Origin: Takakia lepidozioides
Taxonomy: Eukaryota > Plantae > Bryophyta
Reading direction: 5' to 3'
DNA: 64,000 bases
NCBI GenBank assembly: GCA_030704615.1
Contig: CM060732.1
Coordinates: forward strand, 45,446,001 to 45,510,000
A program made the translations under genes and the position numbers. A model generated the notes under the pieces. That model was not told the DNA's origin, did not search any database, and was given only the letters and a program-made list of their open reading frames with translations. Positions 25,027 through 38,077 of the stretch are shown one piece after another (within the stretch, counting starts at the first letter, position 1; each line of letters starts with the position of its first letter).

Positions 25027-27340
25027 GGGTGTATGGTAACACCTCATCTTTATCTGCCATCTATGCAAAAACATCTGTGGAACAGGAAACCGTACACTTA
25101 CTACACATGAACGGTGAGTTGGCTTGAAAGATCCACCATAATCCCTTGAACAGTCATTTACAGTACTGGCATATCGAGTGAGCACATGAGGTGAGTCCCC
25201 CTTTACATGCCATAAGCACATACATGGAAAATACATGAAAATACATACATGAAAAATACTAGAAATGTGCAGCTAGTCAGAAATGTACCCGCCCTTGAAG
25301 TAGGGCATTATATGAAGGCATATTTGTGAATGTATGTTTTCTTCATATTCAATTCCCCGGTGTGGTTTAAACCAATGTTGGGGGGGTACACAGGTCAAAG
25401 CCGGGTATGTACCAGGGTATGTCCAGCCCTGACCGCCAGACCATCCATACCTCTTACCCGGCCCAAGACCTGCCTAGGTGGGTTTGTGTCTCCCTAGGGT
25501 CCGCCCCAAGACCTGTATAGGCTGGTTAGGGCTCCAGGAGGCCCGTCAAAAGACCTGCATAGGCGGGTTAGAGTGGTGGGAGGGGTGGGCCGGGCTTGTG
25601 GAATAAAGAGAACCATGGCATGTGAAGAGGCGGCCCAGGTTGGTGATGACTGGTGATAGTTAACAAAATAAATGTGGAGATCATGACTGAGGTACTTCAA
25701 CAATTGGTGATTTCAATGAAATGAGGGTGGCCCAAAATGTCTTAGAGAAGTTGGAGTCATTTAAAAATATATATATTTTAAATAAAATTCATGACCTGCC
25801 CTTACACACGACCGGCGGGCTTCTATAACAACAAACCCTTTATATCCATGACCGGCAACGAAAAAATAATCATAGATTATGCATATCGGCCGGATAACAA
25901 AAATCTTAATATCCTCACAAGCCCGGGCCCGGCGGGCTTCTAATGGGTTTCCATATCGACAAGTCCGGGCCCGTATGTCATGTTCTCAATGACATACCCG
26001 CCCAACACTTGAAAAGACAGGAATGCAATATGGATTTTTACCCGGTGATGTGGCATCAGGATAAAGTAAAATAAAAACAATGCATGGTCTCCAGCGGTAG
26101 ACAGAGGTGAGAGAGGGAGAGAGAGAGAGAGCCTATGGTTGGTGGGGCCTCACCTCCCGGCCTAACTGCACAGGTAGTTTCTGTCCTTGGACAAGCCGGT
26201 GAGCCAATATTGTGCCCTCAGGGAGCTGAACAAAAAAATAGTTCTCTCCACCACCGATCAACTCTTTCGCCACTTGTCTCCCTTCCGTCCCCTGCTGGCA
26301 GCCACAACCGTATCTACAAATCACATTCTTCTCAAACCTCCCTGTGCAAATCCGGGATTTCAATCCACATAGATGGTCTGCTCTTATACTGCAGAGTCTG
26401 GTATTCCCACCTCATTTCCCTCATCAATCTGAGATGCCTTGCAGGGCCTTTCACAGGCCTAACTGAGGGAAAGCGAGGTAGACCGACCACTCCATGTAGA
26501 CACCACTAGGGATATTAATTGCTCTCAAGTGCACAAGTTCACATAGATGTTTGAAAAACACCCGGACATGAGACATCAGCTATGATAAACCAATGAATCA
26601 CTTAGGCCTCATAGCATACTAGCCCTCCCCAAGGCAATTGTGGGCTCTGACTGGCAAGGTTATGGAAGTCAACCCAAAAATTCCAGAGCCGACAACTACC
26701 TCTAAACAATGACCTTTATGAAAACTTGCAAGTGGCTCCTTGCAGAGGTCATAAACATCTTACCAGGATGGATGACTTGAAATTCAAACCCCACTTCTTT
26801 GGCAGCCGCTACAAATGCGGTCTCTGCACTTGATGCCTTCGCCAGTGGGATTGGGACTACCTGCATGCCATTTACTAGTACAATACACTATTGTACTTTG
26901 AAGGTGGCATAATTAAGGATAACTTTACTTTATGCATCCCTAAGGTTCGCATATCGAGAACAAGAGAGTCTCATAGAGTCTGCTCCCTGCTGCCCTCCCA
27001 CACATCATGTTTTCCTTCTGGAAGATTTGGTTGTTGTTGGTTTTGTCCGTGACTTCTTACAGATTTTGTCTACCTCAATCTGCAATTCTCTCCAGCCTCC
27101 ATCTCTTCTCTGTTTCCTGGCAATGCAGAGGTTCTAGACAAGATGTCCTCTTGCCTGAGTATATTACACCTCTCTCCCCTTCATTCTGAGCTCTATGCTG
27201 GCTTCTTTGAACTTGTTGCAGTATACAAGCCCAGATGCCTCCCTTTAGCAAAAAATACAGCTGCTATACCTGGAGATGCGCATGAGTTCCCGCTTTTTCT
27301 TGCAGATATCCCACCATTTGTGAGAGCTCCTGCAGTGTGC

Positions 27341-27705
27341 GGGCAAGTCCCAAGGAAATTGACGACGATGACATGGCTAGGAAACGTGGTGACGATGACA
27401 TGGTTAGATAACATGGCGATGATGATGTGGCGATGATGAGGACCTCTTGTGTGTGCTGCTTGTGTCTGTAATCAGGGAATGTCGGATTGGTATGTGAGAA
27501 AGGCAGAGATTGAAACACGGCCTGCTAAAGACCAAGAAAACATTTCGGGCAGTCCGGGCAGGTCCCAACATCCCAATGGGCGTGTTAAGACCATGAAAAC
27601 ATTATGGGCAATCCGGGCAGGTCCCAAGGAAATTGACGACGACAATAACCTGGCTACGAAACGTGGCGATGATGACATGGCGATGATGATGTGGCAAAGG
27701 TGACG
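27341..27705. repeat. Local direct duplication of about 90 bp with GATGACATGG sub-repeats
   Basis: GGGCA(A/G)GTCCCAAGGAAATTGACGACGA...GATGACATGG...GATGATGTGGC at ~27341-27435 and ~27615-27705. Confidence 0.65.
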
Positions 27706-29541
27706 AGGCACTATGGCACCCCATTCCTGCTCTACATCGCTAGAATGAAGATGGCAAGTTTCATGCGAGGAGGAAGAGAAAGATGGCAGCAAGGTCTACC
27801 TAGGGAATCTGCTTCTCCTTGTGAGGACTTGTGACCGTTTCTGATTCCAGCTGAATCTGGATAGGCACGATCACAAAAAAATCAAGTTCCTGCAAAGACG
27901 ACATGAAGAAGGCGTCAAGAACGGTTAACATCAGTTGCATGGACTCAGAAGGTGTAACTCCATTTCATTACACCTGCATCTCAAGATCATTTGCATTGGT
28001 ACACTTTCTCGTATCAGATCCGAGGGTTGAAGATGGGATTGCCAACACACCTTTACACGTATCGGGGATCAGCTGAGCTCATATCGGCTTTGAGAGATGC
28101 AGGCCAGGCCGGTGATATGGAGGCCACTAACCATAGAAGGCCACACCACTCAGGCTTGTTTTTGCAAGAGTAGAGAGTCAGAGACTTTCAGGCTTCAGGA
28201 AGAAACAAGAAGCAACCCACTCTTACAACTATACCCGAAGAACTATAACCGAGGACCGTGATAGAGTAAGGCGTGCATAGAGCGGGCGGACTACTCACAA
28301 CTGGGGAAGGAATGCGAATTGTGCTAGTTTCCAGTACAAGTCTAATATCTATTGGTCTTTACCTCCCTCATAAAAGTTTGCTGAGCCCGAAGACTGGTCT
28401 CGTCTTGTGGACGAATTGAGTGATGGAGAAGACAGTTGATTGGGAGGCGAGGGCATATTCCAACTAATTAATGAAATATCACAGCTCTCCATCAACTTTA
28501 TTGCAGCCTGACTCTTAGAGAGGTGTAATGTAGTTGCCTGCGCTACTTGTAACATTCGTTCCACCTTCTATGCTTTGGATTCTTCCAATTGCTGACAAAA
28601 CGGTGTGTCCATCCACTTATGAATGGCCCAGCTGCCATACCCTTATTTTGCAATAGACAACAATAATGAATCCCAGTCACAGCCAAGAAGCACCCGGTCA
28701 CTGAGGCCGACCCCCCCATCAATGAGAGGAACAACATAGGAACAACATAGTGCGTCCAGTACCAATAAAATGAGATTAATAGCACAATTACCTTAGTCAC
28801 AATTGAGAGGATTAAAAATCGCCAAAGATCTGGGGGTCAAATTTAATAAAATTGCTCAGTCAACTATGTATCCTTGGAGGCCGAGACCTTAAACACTAAA
28901 ATCTGCAACCAACCCTCTAAGACAGCCAGAGGGCTGAATTTGAAAAGAAACACGCTCTTGTTTAATTCAGAATGAAAAGATAAAGGGAAACCAATCTCTC
29001 TGCCACGTCGAAACAACCCCTCCACAGAAGAGATAAAACTCAAAAGAGCACCTAACTCAGTTTCAGATAGTCTCTCTCGCAAAATCTTTCTGAAAGAGAG
29101 GCCTCCTACAGGCTAGTTCTAACTACACTAGGCAATGTTAATCAGGTTACAAATTGAGAAAGGCAGATTAACTAAGAGGGGTAGAGGGTGAGGGTTGGGG
29201 TCTCTTCGCACAGGTTTACCAGCAACTGCAAAATTCCCATTTACGTTCCCAAATCCACAGACTCTGGCCGAAGAGAAAGGGTGATACTTGCTACAATGGA
29301 CCAGGCATGCCCCAAAAGGGTATAACAACAATACAAGCGCCCGAGCCATAGTCAGGAAAAATTCTGAGATGTCGAGAAGTAAAATGATGAGGCACACTGG
29401 AGGGTTGATACACTTTGATATGTTGCTTGCTGCTTCAGTTGCTCACTCGCATTTCTAGGATCCACTCCAAAATTTCACGAGGCAGACCAACAATTTACCA
29501 ACCCCAGAACTTACTGGGTATCTCCCGCCTGCTCTTCTGGA

Positions 29542-32500
29542 TCAAGCCTTGACATTAACCACCATCTTTTCTTCCGTCTCAGAGTCTGATCTGGTGCTGG
29601 CATTCCACACAGCAACACACATGTCAGGCACTACATGCAATAACAGAACCTAAATCTGCATGGTTCTGAAGGGATATAGAACTTTAGTGAAGAGGCCCTG
29701 CTTCTCAGAGACGGTAGTCAGAAAAGGATCTCTCAGTGACTTCCAAAACCATATGGCCACCTCTTTCAGTAGGTCAAACCATCCCTTCTCCTTTCAACAC
29801 AAGGGTAACTTGTTGTGGAGAGGTCAAGCCTGCCATTATGGCTCCTAGTGCCACCTTAACTCGTTATGTTCTTCCCCATCATTTTGTGCTTGTCAACAAT
29901 AATGTCTAACTATACTAATTCGCACAAAACTTGAGACAGCAACTACACTATCCTGGTTAGGAACTAAGAATCCAGGGCTATATTGCTAGCTTCATGATTC
30001 AGTCTTAATCTGTGTAAATGCTGGTGGACACGGGAGGACAAAATCGAGCCAACAAGCTATGAAGTGCACTTGGCCATGGTCGCTCTCTAGCACAGTGATT
30101 AGTTGCTTGTAAAATTGGTCACTTTGGCTACGATTAATTTTGTAACCTGCAAACTTGGAAAAATAGAACATACTCACTTCCTTCCCAAACTGTATCGCAT
30201 AGCAGAAGCTTTATCCTTGTTATCCCAAGACTGAGGCTAATGTTACTCTAAGCTCCACGACCTCAGTCTTGTTATACGAGCTGTTGTTACTATGGACAGT
30301 GCTGTTTCTTTATCTGGGGAAGATAGAGAGAGAGAGTCTGGGTGTCCCTTGGTGGTTTGGGTAGCTGCAGGCTCAGATGCAGTAGGTTTAGTGGTTATTA
30401 TACAGATGACAATCAGACCCTTTTGGTCCACTGGATCTCGGTGGATGATATCTACCACCAGTAAGACTGGTAGTCAACTTTTTCTGAAAGAGGAACTAAG
30501 CTATCTGCAGTGAGAACTGCCTTCATAGTATGTTTCATTCATAGGACTCCACTTGCTTAACTAAATAATCTAGGTTCATATTTGACCCGCACAGACTAAG
30601 GCAACCCTGTGTAGTGGCCATAGGGGAGTTTCACTCAAAGTCGATCTTCTCTCTATCACTTTCAGCCACTCGCATGCAGGAGTGTTCATGGACATCCTCA
30701 CTTACACAGGCCACATGCACACACACAGTGGCCGAGTAAATTTTTCTCGCAGCATGAAAGGGGATGGAAGATGTAATCAAGTGGAACTCTCTCCAAAATT
30801 CGTTCCCTCAAAACCTACAAATGTCAAGTCACCTCTATTTCTTCTCTCTGGAAGTGCAACTGACAAGGGTATGTCCAAACACCAGACACACAAGGTGTGA
30901 AGAAAGAAGGTCCCCCAAATCCACCACACTAAGATCATGTGTGATCAAAGCAAGAAATGATGAGTGTAAATTAAGTCTTCAGCAGTGCTACCAGTAAGTG
31001 TAAACCCTTAGTTCCAGTCTACAGAATCAATCATTTGGTTCCACTTCAGTTATCTCAGAAGTCACATGGCGAAGGGACATCAGGACTGCCCAGCATTCAT
31101 CATGGTGTGTTCAATAAAATAATATCTCTTCCAATCTAGACCATATCAGCTGACCCCAGCCTGACAAATCTTTAAAATCAGTTGAAAATTAACAACACCT
31201 ACCTGGCAAAGGAGTCCCATCTTCAACTTCTAAACCATTTGCATCCCCAAAACGTTTGCACAACATTATGCAGCCAGAAACATCAATAAACAGAAACATC
31301 AATACAAAAGTGCATCACGAGTATTAGGGTGAAAAGCAAAACCTGTCATGAGACGACAAGCCATCTAAATGGATATCAAGCTGGCGCCAGTCCTTCCCTC
31401 TCTCTTCCAACAACACTTCCCGTGGCTTGGCATCCCCGAATGGATTCACTTTTGACCCTCGCTTTGCCACTGCCTCAACTGCCATGTCTGGCGTGTGAGG
31501 CCTACTAGAGACACCACCCCGGCTGGAATGGCTGCTTGATGGCCTACTACCAGGCCTACCCAGCTTTTCCTTCTCCAGCTCTGCATCAATCTTCCGCCAA
31601 TCCTGCCCTTTCTCCGCAAGAACATCCTCCCTCGGCCGAGCTGCTCCAAATGGATTTGACCGAGGTTTTGGTTTTGGAGGAGGGACTTGCTCTTGCTCCT
31701 CGGAGAGAGCAGGGCCCAGATCTGCATCCGGCTTTTCCTTTTCACCATTTGTTTGAGGTGGGGGCGGCGAGCAATCAACAGGGACAGTCCGAGGCTGCAA
31801 CCTCAGACGAGGTCTCTCAGAAGGCCTTGGTTCTGAGTCACGACCGGGCTCTCTTCTCGCCCACCGATCGGCGTCAGGGCCTGCCTCCCTGTAAGCGGCA
31901 TCGAAACCCCCCCTGCTTCCGCGGCTTGTAGGAGCCACGCTCGGCACAAACTTCTTGGCCGCCCCCCAGTTGTTCACTTCATCGGCCCTTGACGTGAGAC
32001 CCCCACCAGGAGCATCATCAAACCCACCTCCTCCTCTCCTCTCCTCATATCTGCCACCTCCTCTTCGATCGAATCCGTCAGCAACCCCTGGAGCTTTTTG
32101 GTGGATCCCCAGTTATCAACCTCATCAGCGCGTGAGGGAAGATCACGGTCACTCAGCCGCCCACCCCGTCTGTCATCATCGTAACCCCCACGCTCACCTC
32201 CACCTCCAACGCCCTGAGATGGCACGAACTTCTTGGATTCTCCCCACTTCTCATCACCATCCGCCCTAGAAGGACCATCATCTCTATCTCTGTCTCGGCC
32301 AAAACCTCCAGCCTCCCTGTCCCGATCCCCTGCGAAGCCTCCACCGAAGCCCCTCTCCCTGTCGCGATCGCCACCACGTTCGCCGCCCCGATACCCACCA
32401 TAATCGCGGAAGCCCCCTCCAAGGGCACCCGCCTCAGGCTCCTCTCCGGTTCTGTCTCTGGGGCCCGTGGGGAGCATCATCATCTCATCGGTAGTAAGCC

Positions 32501-32738
32501 CCCGTGTATCCGATATCTGCCGCGTCTTCCCTCCCGGCCCAACATACTTCCCTACTGTAAACTCTGAGATCGACAACGTCTGCTGCTTCTTTTTCTTTGT
32601 CTTGGTAGTGATGGCATCCCCTAGAGACGGGAACGCCTCCTGCCCTCCCACAACCTTAAAGGCTTCTCTTTCCTTGGCTTCTGCCTCGGCTTGCTCCGCC
32701 TCTGCGGCCCAAGCTCCGGCACCCCATGCCTTTGCCAT
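29542..32738 (-). CDS. eIF4B: Plant eukaryotic translation initiation factor 4B; apparent 1-bp deletion near 32095; last exon tentative
   Basis: MAKAWGAGAWAAEAE, AFPSLGDA..TKTKKKK, LPTGPRDR, repeated SRADE..NWG..KKF, RPRLRLQPR and two NPFG.A.PRE..L.E.G.DWR motifs. The main exon 32738-31343 needs one extra A in the A5 run. Candidate terminal exon 29590-29542 (SDSETEEKMVVNVKA*). Confidence 0.85.
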
Positions 32739-33774
32739 TCGTTGAAAGACAGTGAAGGGGAGCAGGTAGGCAGGCCTCTTGCCTGCTTACCTCCCCTCAG
32801 TAAGATGGGTAGATTTGAGTGGAAGCGAAGCTGCAGCCCGCACACCAACACACTCTTGTGTCTGTCTATCTTTCTCTCTCTTTCTGTCTCTGTCTCAAAC
32901 TGTGAAGCTCTTGTAACCCTTGCAGCCCTGGCTGCACATCTACCCTGGTGCCACGTGCCCGACCCGGGGCTATGGTACTCCATGCCCCCTGCGATCCCAT
33001 GTGAGTACCCAAGACCTACGGTGGACGAGGATGGATGACCCATGGACGGAAATACGCCATTGCCTGGTCTGCCAAGTGACAGGGATGCACAAAATACGAG
33101 CTCTTCAACCGGTATTAGGTGAAAATAAGCTTTGGCTAGCCTTTTCTCTTTTCTTTTGCTTTGTTTTTGTTTTTTTGTTTTTTTTTTGTTTTTGGTTAAC
33201 AGGGTTGGAGCCCTGGTTAACTGTTTTTTAATACAGGCAGAAAAAAGTAAAAAAACCTTTGACGCGGGGATTTGTCATGGGCACACATGAGACAGCAGCC
33301 CCAGAACGGACCGGCCACCAAGAAAAGAAACTGAACGATGAGGTCGTTTAGGCAGTCGTGAGTTTTGCCAATTATTGACAACGTTTCGCCTTAGTTTTCC
33401 TTCATAGCGTGTCATCTTCATCCGTCAGTTTAGTTATTGCACGTCGCTAAAATTTGAAGGGTATGGTCGACATGAGTTATTATGGCTTCCAATTCAAGGT
33501 ATTTAAATGTGTAATTTTAATATTCAATTACACATTTTACATTATATTTTGGAATTGTGAGCAAGTCACCATATCGCGGTTCACGACATAAGGCTAACCA
33601 TAACTATATCCAACCATATTCAGACAGACTGAAAACTAATTATATATTTTTTTAAATTTTCTACCCAAATATTTATATATATTTTTTAAAATGAGCAGGG
33701 GACAGAACTCTCTTCCTGTGGACAGAAAAAGGCAAAGAAAAAAACTTCCTATCAAAAGAAAGACAATGACAAAA

Positions 33775-33995
33775 AGATGTATCAGTTGGTAAAGTGCACT
33801 GAGTGCCATTCGGATGATCTTGGGGTCAAATCCTGCTACTTGATGGGTGTGGTACACTCTTCTCCCCCTTCCATCGGAAAGCCTTACTCCGAGAGGCTAC
33901 TGAGAGGTTATTTTCTCCTCTCTCTATCAATGGGCCTGATTTGTGAGCTGTCGCTCCCAGGTGTTTCCTTTTCAAAAAAAATTGAAAAAAAAAAA
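33775..33995 (+). mobile_element. tRNA-derived SINE, copy 2
   Basis: TCAGTTGGTAAAGTGCACTGAGTGCCATT...GGGGTCAAATCC (B box-like), with the same body (GAGGTTATTTTCTCCTCTC, TTTGTGAGCTG, CCCAGGTGTTTCC) and poly-A tail as 23088-23310. Confidence 0.7.
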
Positions 33996-36900
33996 TGCAT
34001 GTCACAGTGAAAGGCCAAAAAAAAAAAAAATCTTGTAAAAAAGAAAGGCACAAATTACAGGTGGTTATTGGTAATCTTATTGGTAAGTCCACCTAGGAGA
34101 GGCTCAGAAAGATACAAATTATTGGTAGTTACTGGTAATCTTACTAGTAAGTCCACCTAGGGAGACTCCCAGAGTCACTGGGGCCAGCTGCCCTTCTTTT
34201 TTTTTCAAACCCTAAATCTTTGCCTCTTTCTTTCCTGTGCATGCTCAAAATGAGTTCACACGCGATCGCGTGTGAATGGACTGTGTCATGGTATCTATAC
34301 TGAGGCCTACACCATAGGCTGCAAAACCTAAACAGTTGCCAGCTGTACCTACGAACCCTATGAAATCGGAATTTCTCATGTCTCGAATCTGGAGTCGTTC
34401 CTCAAGGAAAGCGTACATATCCCGAAATCTTCCACAATTCCCAATCCTTCTATCGACCATCCTACCTCTTTAACCCTGGAATCATTCACTCAAACAAGCA
34501 AACAATCAATCAAACAATCAATCAAGCATGCAACTTCTACCTCCATGCAATCTCTGCAGCCCACGGAAGAATCCCTCATTGCATGCACAAAGAAGACGGA
34601 AAATTTACCTGCTTGATGCCATTTCATGCAAGGATCCTCCCTGCAGGGCTGGATGAGCTCTCTCGCTTGGGTGCACACAACAACTTCCGGGATAGCGTAC
34701 TCTTTTGTTTTGCCCTCCTTTCACTCTGTCACACTCCCCCGGTGAATTGCTCAAACCCACACTCACTCCAACTCACGCTCCCTTGATCTCTCACTCTCTC
34801 GCTTCCTCGATCTCCACATCTCTGCCTCTCTCGCTCAGTCGCTCTCTCTCGCACCTCTTCCTTGAGTCCAAAATTGAACAGGGCTTCCGCGTATCTCAAA
34901 TGAATGCAAAAGGAGACTCCTTTCGGTCACTCCTCCTTACATGCCTTACCACATGTGATCTCAACCGTCGGCATTATGTCGCATCCGACGGTTTGTGGCC
35001 TTGATGCATGGATGATTGAAAGGCGGGATATTTCCCAACGGTTCGCTGAGGACCCCTAAATTTATGCAGGTACAATCAATGATGCGACATGACTATCAAT
35101 AATGAATGGACTCCACTAGTTTGTCCACAACGTTACGGCGCGGCAATCCGACGTCTTCACAAAGTGAACACCCTGGAATTATTGCGGGTTCCCATGACGG
35201 CGCTCATCCATGAGGGGAGTTGAATCATCCACTAGGGCAGTCATCTCATCCAGTATACGTCTGTTTCATCCGCGAAGGCTCTTATTTCATCCAATGATAA
35301 AATATTATTCATAGGTTCAATAATGAGGTGTCGGGACGTGCATCTGGGATTTGATCGGTCTCACGTTTTCTCTACCTACACCTCATCTACGGCCCCACGT
35401 TCATTGCGGCTACTTAATGTTACCTTGCCATAGATGGCCGCCGACTCAGCACAATGGCCTCCGACTCATCACAATGGCCTTAAAAGGCGGCCACTTTCGT
35501 CGCCGACTATTTCTTCTCTTGTATCATTAATTCAACATTGGATTTGCTGCTTCTCTGGTGCTTAGGATGTCAGATTCCAGATCTCGAATCAGTTAGTTAT
35601 TCGCATTGGCCGCAATAACTTATGGACCCATTAATGTTCGGAGGATTTCAGACTCCTACTTGAATTTTATGCTCTGGAGGACACATAATAGCCACTAGAT
35701 TACACGAAAGAGCATATCTAGGGTGACAATTTGTCGATCCATAACACTCCAAACGCACCTCTGTGATGTGAACACGTCGACCTCATACTGTTTGACAATC
35801 CGTATAAGAGCCTGCCCTGTGCACGCATGCCATTTTTTCCCTCTCAGTTGCTCTGGCTCGCTGATCTTCAGGACTGTTTGTCTTACGTTCATTCTTCCCT
35901 TTGTACTCCTGTCAATATTAAGAGCCTCTCCACTTCATCTGGGTTTCTCTTCTGTCTCTCTGCTCCTCTGTTCCCATCCACTGTCTGCAAATATCTTACA
36001 TACACACCTGACCGTTTTATGTACTTCGAATGATCACTCGCACTACAGCTGTTTCGTTCATCCATGTTTTCATTTATTCATCCATTTTTTTATTTGTCAT
36101 CCGAAACTCGTCTACCATTATTCATCTATCCTTCATTTCATCCATCTGAACCACGTGCGAACGCCTGTCGATATAGTTCTACTTATTTTATGGAGTTGTA
36201 GACAATGTTGTGTATTCGGGTCGTAGCTTTAGCAGATCCTTTAATTTTCTATAAATTTCTATTTCGACCAATAGAGACCTACGTTCTACATTCTAGTACA
36301 TAATCCGAGAGTCCGAGGTCTATTTTCAATTTCCAAATCATTATAACCCTAAACGCGAGTGATCGCGCGAGGTTCATTTTCATCTTCATCCTCAGTTTTT
36401 CTAAACAAACTTCAGTAACTTATTTTTTCACTTTTTCTTAGTGTCCATCGATATAGTGTAAAATCATAATCACCAGAATATCTACTGTAGGATACACGCG
36501 CGATCGCGCGAGGTTCGTGGAAATGTCGTTGTTCCAAACTGGTCAACAAGTTTTTCTCACTCTTCAGGGCTCGAACTCTATCGTCGCAACAGCAGAATGT
36601 CTCAACGTGACTGGTTGCGGAAGTTGCCACGGACGACTGCTAAACGGGTCTATAATATTTGTTGTTATAGTGTCTTACGATCTGGCACATTCTTTTGAGT
36701 CGTTGCCATATCCGCACATGGATGCGGACTCTTTGGGAGAAGCAATCGGAACACCTGTCGTTTGGGATGTGGTGCAAATTCAAAAAGATACTGGGACTGA
36801 CAACAACACCAACAATGAGGATCCTCAGTTCTCGGAGGTCGAATTGACATCTGCGGCTGATTCCCATCCAAAATTCAATGAACAAATTGAATCTGACATG

Positions 36901-37508
36901 TCAAGGCCGTCTCCGAATAACGATGTTGCTATGGGTAGAGACAGTTGGAGAAATAAAATGTGTATTCTCCTTGGAGATGAACAAAGTGCTTTGTACGAGG
37001 GCAGAATTCAAGCATGTCATCCCGACGAGGTGATACTTTGTGAGAAAGTTGGAGAACATCACGTCGGGGTGCTTGTTACAAGGATTTTGAATGGCGGTTC
37101 GACCAATCTCATATGTCTCGTGAACTGGCCATTGATGCAGACTCGGTTGATTGATAGTGGCATGACATTGTCATATGAGCTTCATAGGTTCATCAATAGC
37201 CGGGAACAAACAGATATTGGTCACAACGAGAAAGGTGTGAAAAAGCAGCATACCGACATTTCAACAGACCAAAAAAAGATTAAAAAAAAGACGATTCTAA
37301 AAAGATAAATACTCGTCTCTCTCTGCAGGCAGTTCGAGAAATCAACAGCAAACAATGTTGCAATTTACAGTGTTGCCAATATTTCGACTGGAGAAAAACA
37401 CTCGCTATCCGGACCGTTTATTGGGGATCCTCTTACGACGAACGGAGAGAGCTCGGTTTTGATGTGCCCAAAAGACTTCATCGACGGGGTTTCGACAAAG
37501 GCCTACAT

Positions 37509-38077
37509 TGTCACGGACATAGCCCAGAAGAACCTACCAAGAATAAATACCAAAAGTTACCAAGTTACCATGTTACCGAAAGTTATCATGACTTACCGTG
37601 ATTTACCATGATCTACCATGATTTACCATTATTTACCAAATTACCGGGAGTTTATCAAATTACCAAGAGTAACTTGGGAAACTACTCAGGAAGCTTCCTT
37701 TGGAGGAAACTTCTCCATCAAGATACCTCATTTGTTTAAGGAAGCGTCTCCATCAAGAAACCTTTGTTTAATCTTGGAAACTTCTCCAGCAAGAAACCTC
37801 CATAGGGGAAGCTTCTTAGTAGCCAGTATATATAGGAGGCGAAACTGGACACTCTTCAGTCTCGCCAACACAAGTTCAAGCTACTCTTGTTCCAAGTCCA
37901 GTACTCCAGTCCAGCTTCCAGTATCCAGTCCAGTTTCCAGCATTCCAGTATCCGAGTCGAGTTCTAGTATTTTGTACTCTTGTCCATTGTTATAAAGATC
38001 ATCTTGATTCATGTTCACCTACCATGTATTCGGCCACGCCGACCTTAACTTCTTGTCTAGTCTTGTACCTCTAGTCT
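37509..38077 (+). repeat. 5' LTR, 3'-truncated
   Basis: Starts TGTCACGGACATAGCCC and matches the 3' LTR up to CTAGTCT, then runs directly into gag-like sequence. Confidence 0.9.

Noticed and set aside
26500-28700. Coding-like remnants between the MITE and eIF4B
   Set aside because: Stops in all frames and no recognisable motif; cannot be assigned.
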